NCBI GenBank assembly: GCA_964016885.1
Contig: OZ024742.1
Coordinates: forward strand, 314,588,001-314,652,000
Reading direction: 5' to 3'
DNA: 64,000 nt
Source: Eledone cirrhosa
Lineage: Eukaryota
The stretch's first letter is position 1. Every line of letters starts with the position of its first letter. The notes beneath the pieces were generated by a model that saw only the letters and a list, made by a program, of their open reading frames with translations, did not search any database and was not told the DNA's origin. The position numbers were made by a program, and so were the translations under genes. Shown piece after piece: positions 56,886-64,000 of the stretch.

Positions 56886-57019
56886 ATATGAATATATATA
56901 TATGTATATATACATACACACACAGAGACAGACACACACACATACACACACACACATATAAATATATACATATATTTATACATAGTGTATTTATGTTTAT
57001 ATGTTATATGTTATATGTA

Positions 57020-57061
<42 letters not shown>

Positions 57062-57064
57062 TAC

Positions 57065-57114
<50 letters not shown>

Positions 57115-57145
57115 TTATGTATGTATAAATAACTATATCCATATA

Positions 57146-57225
<80 letters not shown>

Positions 57226-57304
57226 TGGATATAGTTATATATACATACATAAATACATATACATATATTTATATATATATATACATACACATACATACGA
57301 CAGT

Positions 57305-57742
57305 TTGGATTCATTGAATATTAGGTACTAAAATTCCGCTGTAAAAGGTTTTCAGGTATTTTAATTACTTGAAAAGATTTCTATCTACACCAAATATACT
57401 CATAGAACATGTATGGATGATTACATAGATTATATTTATTTGTAGTTCCATTCTAGTTATCTGCCACTACACGCAGCATTATATTCTTGTGAAATTTATT
57501 TTTATCATTTATAAATTATATATTGACAGCCGAGTGGCTGGCTGCCTGCGTAGACAAATGGATAGATATGCTACGAAGTAAATATATTGCCAATAAATTG
57601 TCAATAAATTGAGATACAAATGTATATATATATATATTTGGATTCATAGAATTTTAGGTACTAGAATTCCGCTATAAAATGTTTTCAGGTATTTTAATAA
57701 TAGGAAATGATTTCTATCTACACCAAATATACTCATAGAATA
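57305..57742 (+). repeat. ~105-bp direct duplication (57305-57410 and 57637-57742)
   Basis: tttggattcat.gaat.ttaggtacta.aattccgct.taaaa.gttttcaggtattttaat...gatttctatctacaccaaatatactcatagaa. Confidence 0.85.
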
Positions 57743-57743
57743 C

Positions 57744-57872
<129 letters not shown>

Positions 57873-58072
57873 AACGAGTAGGACCCCGACGGCTAATTCT
57901 GGACCCGGTTATGAGAAATTTAATGCAAACTAGACGTTTCTTAAAGAGTGGAAAATCCGTCCCCTCTATCTAATTAATGCTACCAACCAGCCTCATACAC
58001 ATTGGAGGGTAGGTAGTAACGAGAAAATAGCTATATTCCCCACAAAACAAACGCACACCTTGTCTCTCCCCA

Positions 58073-58156
<84 letters not shown>

Positions 58157-58163
<7 letters not shown>

Positions 58164-58500
58164 ATACTTGGGGAGGGTCATATTTGTGTAATATTGCCAG
58201 AATTAATAACAGAACACACTCACTGTTTGGTTGGTTTTCGCTTCTGTGTCTTTTATATCGATTAATTTAATTTTTTCGGTCCTCAATGTTGCCATTGACT
58301 GACCAACGGTCATTGAGGACCGAATAAATTAAATTAACCGATATAAAAGACACGGAAGCGAAAACCAACCAAACAGTGAGTGTGTTCTGTTATTAATTCT
58401 GGCAATATTATTACACAAATATGACCCTCCCCAAGTATAACAATATTTGTTTCGACACACGATTTCATATAAAAAACCTCGCAAAACTAATTCATCGCCG
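58157..58500. mobile_element. Fold-back of the terminal segment of the 8.3-12.5 kb PLE (family Z), between (TA)n tracts
   Basis: Arms 58157-58288 and 58311-58448; closely matches 8329-8545. Confidence 0.85.
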
Positions 58501-59661
58501 TTTTATATATATATATATATATATATTTATCTTTCTATCAATCTACCTATCGATCTGCTTGGGGATTTTTAGATATCACTTTCGTTGTGAAAGAAATGTT
58601 TATATAAACACATCAGAATCAAATTAGATTTGTCATTAACACAATGTCCACTCGACGATGATATGGAGCAGAAGGATATAATTAATTCTATAGTTACTAT
58701 CATTATATAATAACTGCTAAAATCCCGGTAGCTTTTCTCAGAGCTACAAAGTAGATGTTGAAATCTAATAGATATAATTTTCACTGACCATCAGAGATGA
58801 ACTGATAGTAATGCAATGGAAATATTTCAGTCCAAACCTTGTCCATGCATTTTCTCTTGAAGATTTGCTTACCACAACTTACAATATGTGACACATTTAA
58901 TAATGCATCATAAGACAAGACGAGAACATAATTCAATTTACAAATGCAAACAACAGTCTAATGTCCCAGAAAATACACCTAACCTTCTTTTAAAATATAT
59001 CTCATTTGATAATGAAAACTAGGGTACACACTTTCTGAGAGGTGTTACTGAGGGTCAGAATGTCTTTGATCAGAGTATTTTGTGATTCAGATTGACATGA
59101 TGTTAATAAGTAACTTAAATAACAAATATTATCATAAGTGTATCGAACTGTAGTTGTTGTTGTGGCAGTGGTGGAGATGGCATAATAAACACGATAAATT
59201 AATTTGCTAAACTATTTAACATTCCCATTTCCCTTTCTTCTGTAGTCTAACACGCCTTACCTTTCCCCTCTTAATCTTCATATTTACGGCATTTATAGTC
59301 CTTTCCTCTACTTTCCTACACTGCAATATCTAGCCATCTTTAAGCCTTTTTCCTATTTTCATTACTTAATCGTGTTTTTATTTCATTTTTCATATTTCCA
59401 TCGTTGTACAACTCCTTTTTGCGAAATATATTCCACATAGTATTTTTTATGTATAATTTGGTTAAATAAAACATTTCTATGTCATATTATATATTCTCTT
59501 TATAATTGTAACATTCAATAAGGAAATAGAGGTACTTAGGTATATTTAATTACTAATTTGGAAAATACAGCTTGGACTACACACACACACACATACGCAC
59601 AAGCGCATATATATGTATAATTTAATGTCGATATAATTCTTATATCGATATTATTTGGGCA

Positions 59662-59785
59662 TCCACTGATGAGTTTATAAGATCCCGCTTGTGTATAAAA
59701 CTATGGATTATATACAAGTTTCTACATAACCTGGAAATTATTTATCCCAAATTGTAGAAATCTTATAACGAAACGGCTGTTTGGA
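59662..59785 (+). ncRNA. Hammerhead ribozyme with branched extended stem II (family F)
   Basis: UCCA-CUGAUGA-GUUuAUAAGAU[two hairpins]AUCUUAUAAC-GAAAC-GGCU-GUU-UGGA. Confidence 0.85.
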
Positions 59786-59962
59786 AGGAAAGAGATATTT
59801 ATTTAATAATGTCTCATATAAAATAATACAACCAGTTATCCACGAAATACTGATTAGTTAGCACCCTAAACACTAAATTGGGATAATACATAAGTATATC
59901 CTAATGTTTGTTGAGTGAGTGGAGTTGGTCGGAGTATCGCTTAAAGCTTTCTCTGTGTATGT

Positions 59963-60001
<39 letters not shown>

Positions 60002-60028
60002 GAAAGGTATAGAAATTTTTTTAGCGAG

Positions 60029-60280
<252 letters not shown>

Positions 60281-60317
60281 GTGTGTGTGTGTATGTGTGT
60301 GTGTATGTGTGTGTATA

Positions 60318-60371
<54 letters not shown>

Positions 60372-61090
60372 TACATATATACATATATGCATTACGTATA
60401 TATATATATATATATATGTGTACACATTTATATATATATTTATATATATGCATTACGTAGGACAGAATTTACTTGGTGTTTATTATCTGCCTTTATTGAA
60501 CGTGTCACAATCAATACATATATAGTTTAGATAAGACCGGAAGTTCTATCCAGGAAAAATTTACTTTTTATCTGTTTCAATAGACTAGACACAGAATTAA
60601 AATATCAACTCATCACAACGCACAAATTGTTTAATTAAATTTATCAGTTCAAAGTAATTAACTAACAAAACAATAAGCCGTTGAATTAATTGTTTTTCGA
60701 TGTTCCGTGTCTCCAGTCATTATTTGGATTTCAAATCACTTTCAATTCAACCTTTTTTCTCTACGCTCCAGGACAGTTAATTTAGGTATCGTTAATATAC
60801 CTGTGTCTATACTTCCATAATATTCAATTGCCACAGATTGTACAATGTTAAAATGAGTCGAATTATTTTAAAACAACACTTGTAATGAAGGAAAGGTTAT
60901 TGGGATAAGATAAAAGCAATAATTTCTTAATAATATTAGAGATAATTTCACTTTATTGATTAATGATTTGATAGGTCACACCCTTCCTTGCTCTGCTATT
61001 TTACTACTTCTAATATATATATATATAATAAGGGTTGACGGACCCAGCACAATTATCAATGCCAGTACCGGTTGTATCTCAGCGCACTCA

Positions 61091-61134
<44 letters not shown>

Positions 61135-61147
61135 ATGTATGTATATA

Positions 61148-61338
61148 TATTGTTATACTTTGGGAGGGTCATGTTGCCAATAAGAAACACACGCACCAGT
61201 TGCTTTAACTTCAATTTATTATAATAAATTTATTATAATAAATTGAAGTGAAAGCAACTGGTGCATGTGTTTCTTATTGGCAACATGACCCTCCCAAAGT
61301 ATAACAATATCGGTTTCAACACACGTTTTCAGATAATA
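61148..61338. mobile_element. Family Z-related fold-back element next to (TA)n
   Basis: Hairpin 61148-61310; begins tattgttatactttgggagggtcat as at 10079 and 58157. Confidence 0.8.
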
Positions 61339-62819
61339 TTGTCTGTAGAAATTTTGGTAATAAAAGGCGCAATATTGAGTATCTTATAATAATTCCTTCC
61401 TCCTAGCTGTACAATATCTATCCCCCCCTCCTCCCCACACTCACAATTTGTAAATGTTATAGTGCTTTGTTTCCTTGGATATTTCAATCAAATTTAAACC
61501 GCAAGCCATTTGACGTTTCTAGTATTTATAGTCTTATATTTTTCAGTCGCTTTTTTAATTTCCTCATGCGTAGAAATTTCTCTATCAATTTCAGTTCAAC
61601 AGTTATAGGTTAATTATTTAAAATGCATTTGACTTAATTCTCTAAAGAGGTGCTACTGCTTTTACACTCTTTACTGATATAGATATTCCTTTATTGATAT
61701 CTGTATATTTTTCAAAATTACTTTTGTTTTCCTATTCATTTTGTAGAATAGTAACGTCATTTCTTTTCTTTCAGACCTACTTATAAATTGTTGGAATATT
61801 TAATATTATTTTATTCCAAAACTTAGCAAGACACATAATACAATGTTCTGCATAAAATTTAATACATCTTCATAATAAAAATGTATAACATGTTAAATTA
61901 ACCGTAAAGGAAATGAAATATTTTATGAGATATCTACTGTAAAACATACGTGAGTGTTATATCGGTTGCCATCTGTTTATTATTTGCAGCAAAAGCGATA
62001 CTATATTTATGAGCTCGTAAATATAAATGCTTTGAAATGTGTTTATTTATAACGTCACTTTCTTAATGATTAACCTTAAAGACAACATCTACTGGGATGC
62101 CATACCCTCAATAAGAAATGACCAGTTGTACTTAGCCTATAGGATTGAACTATCCATTAAACAAACATCTGAAAATATGCCATGCACGCTATACAATTAA
62201 CGTGTTTTATCTAAACGATGTTATGGATTCATTCAATTTTTTTAGGTTTATTTACACAGTTGGATAAAACTTGAAGTCAATTAGGCTGCAATTTGAAACG
62301 AGACCCTTTGTGGGGAACGAAAATACTTATGGGAATAACTGTTAATTCACATCCTTTGTTCTATCTGTAAATGCATACATCGTGTAGGTAATGCATGTTG
62401 TTCCATGCCAAGCAGTATGCATTGGGGTACCATACTAAAAGTATAATATTTGCTTGAATATTACAGAAACTAAACATCACTTACACTATGTTACTGGTTC
62501 TGTATTGTTAGATCTGTAAACAAATTAGAACCATATTACATAACAATAATGTAAACCCATCATAATTATAAAAGACTTGCGTCTCAGTTGACGAGGATTC
62601 AAGACATATATACACATGTATGGGTGGATTGTTACGGAACTGATTCGCATCACGGGGTTAAGGGATCAGTCCCACTGCGCGAATCCTTGTGACTTATAGT
62701 CATCCGAGGTGACAAATGGTTGTGACTGATATTTGGTATACGGGATCTTCAACGCCCGTTGATTATATATATATATATGAAATGATGGTAATTTTTTCAA
62801 AAAAAATGAAAAATGAATA

Positions 62820-63900
62820 TGAAATGATGGTAATTGTACGAACTACTCAACACCTTACAATTTTACAAGCATGACTTTGACAATGCCAGTGACTGCTTAA
62901 CACTGATTCTGCCCAAATTTCAGGACATTCTAGATGATTTGGGGAGGGCTCCATCACAGATATCATAAACATTTACTTCAGCAAGGGCTTTAAGAGAGTC
63001 GATCACAGCATCCTGTTCAAGAAACTATCTAACATGGAGAATGTCTGAAATTGCTGCTGTGGATCGAGTGTTTGCTGTTAAACAGAACCCAATGTTGTGA
63101 TTGGTATATAATGAAGCTTGGCGAAAGTAATTAGGCATGCCACCCAATGCTCTGTGTTGGACCTACAGATCTTTATCATTTCCATTAATATCATACTAGA
63201 TGTAATCAAACACATCAAAATAAGATTCTTTGTAGTTAAATCTGAGACTTAAAAAATTATCAATGGGGATATATACGGGGAATGCATTCAATCGAATCTT
63301 CACATTGTTATAAAATTGACAAAACAAAATTCCGATGTGTTGCTAAACGAGGGTAAATTTGAGGTAATACACATTGGAACAGTGGAATTTCTTAATCAAC
63401 CATATTATATTCCCATGTCAATAATAACTGAAACTGGAGTGTCCACATTCACAACAAAGTCGACATATTCAGCAGGATGTGTTCCATGATACTTAGACAT
63501 TTCCTGTTCAAGGATACTCATTACATTCTCTCTCACATCACTACAGTTGCTCATCCCTACCTTCAATATAGACACTCGGTCTGGTCTCCTCACTCAAAAT
63601 AAAGTATTATGGAAATAATTCTGTATTGGAAACAACCCCAGATTTCAATTACAAAATAGACGATAAAACAGGCCATGGATAATAGGATCGACTCGAACGC
63701 TTTTCTCTCCAATGGCACCTTGAGCCCTTCATATCTATACGATATGAAAAGTTTACCAACAATAATACTCGAATGATGTCGGAATCAGCTTTATAATTCA
63801 CCCAAAACGTGTTCTACTCGCTATCTATCTCTTACAAATACATAACGACTAATTCACCTCAAATGATCCTCCACGAATCGATGAAATAAGTATTACACAC
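62820..63900 (+). mobile_element. Decayed CR1-like LINE reverse transcriptase
   Basis: DIINIYFSKGFKRVDHSILFKKL, decayed PQGSVLGP-like stretch, NEGKFEVIHIG, W.VHI..KV...ILRHF, HPYLQY..SVWSPH. Confidence 0.8.
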
Positions 63901-64000
63901 GGCTGAAATACGTAATGTTCTCTATATGTTTTTAAGTTGGGACCCTGCATCGCTGCAGTCTAATGACAAAGCATTACAATAGTACAAGTAAATAATTTAA

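Noticed and set aside
63405-63593. Minus-strand 62-aa ORF
   Set aside because: It is the antisense shadow of the plus-strand CR1-like RT remnant

Overview
AT-rich, microsatellite-laden eukaryotic (metazoan) intergenic or intronic DNA. The dominant tRNA-derived SINE resembles those I associate with octopus/cephalopod genomes, which is an inference. No intact host gene is recognisable, and almost all listed ORFs are microsatellite artefacts. The real coding content is decayed mobile DNA: two families of Penelope-like retroelements (PLEs; RT-thumb + GIY-YIG at 8.3-12.5 kb and 47-49.3 kb), a Rep-deleted Helitron with a PIF1 helicase (25.4-29.1 kb), three non-autonomous Helitrons, Tc1/mariner fragments, MITEs, RTE and CR1-like LINE relics and about 16 SINE copies. 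The most notable signal is non-coding. I folded by eye nine type-I hammerhead ribozyme (HHR) motifs with an intact CUGANGA/GAAA/UH core, from about six sequence families. Two have very long or branched stem II insertions. There are also two core-mutated copies and many 'half' hammerheads. They sit in short elements embedded in or next to (TA)n tracts that repeatedly form fold-back palindromes, and the turning or break points fall on the (TA)n tract, the stem-II loop or the predicted cleavage site. All folds and coordinates are manual, and catalytic activity is untested.
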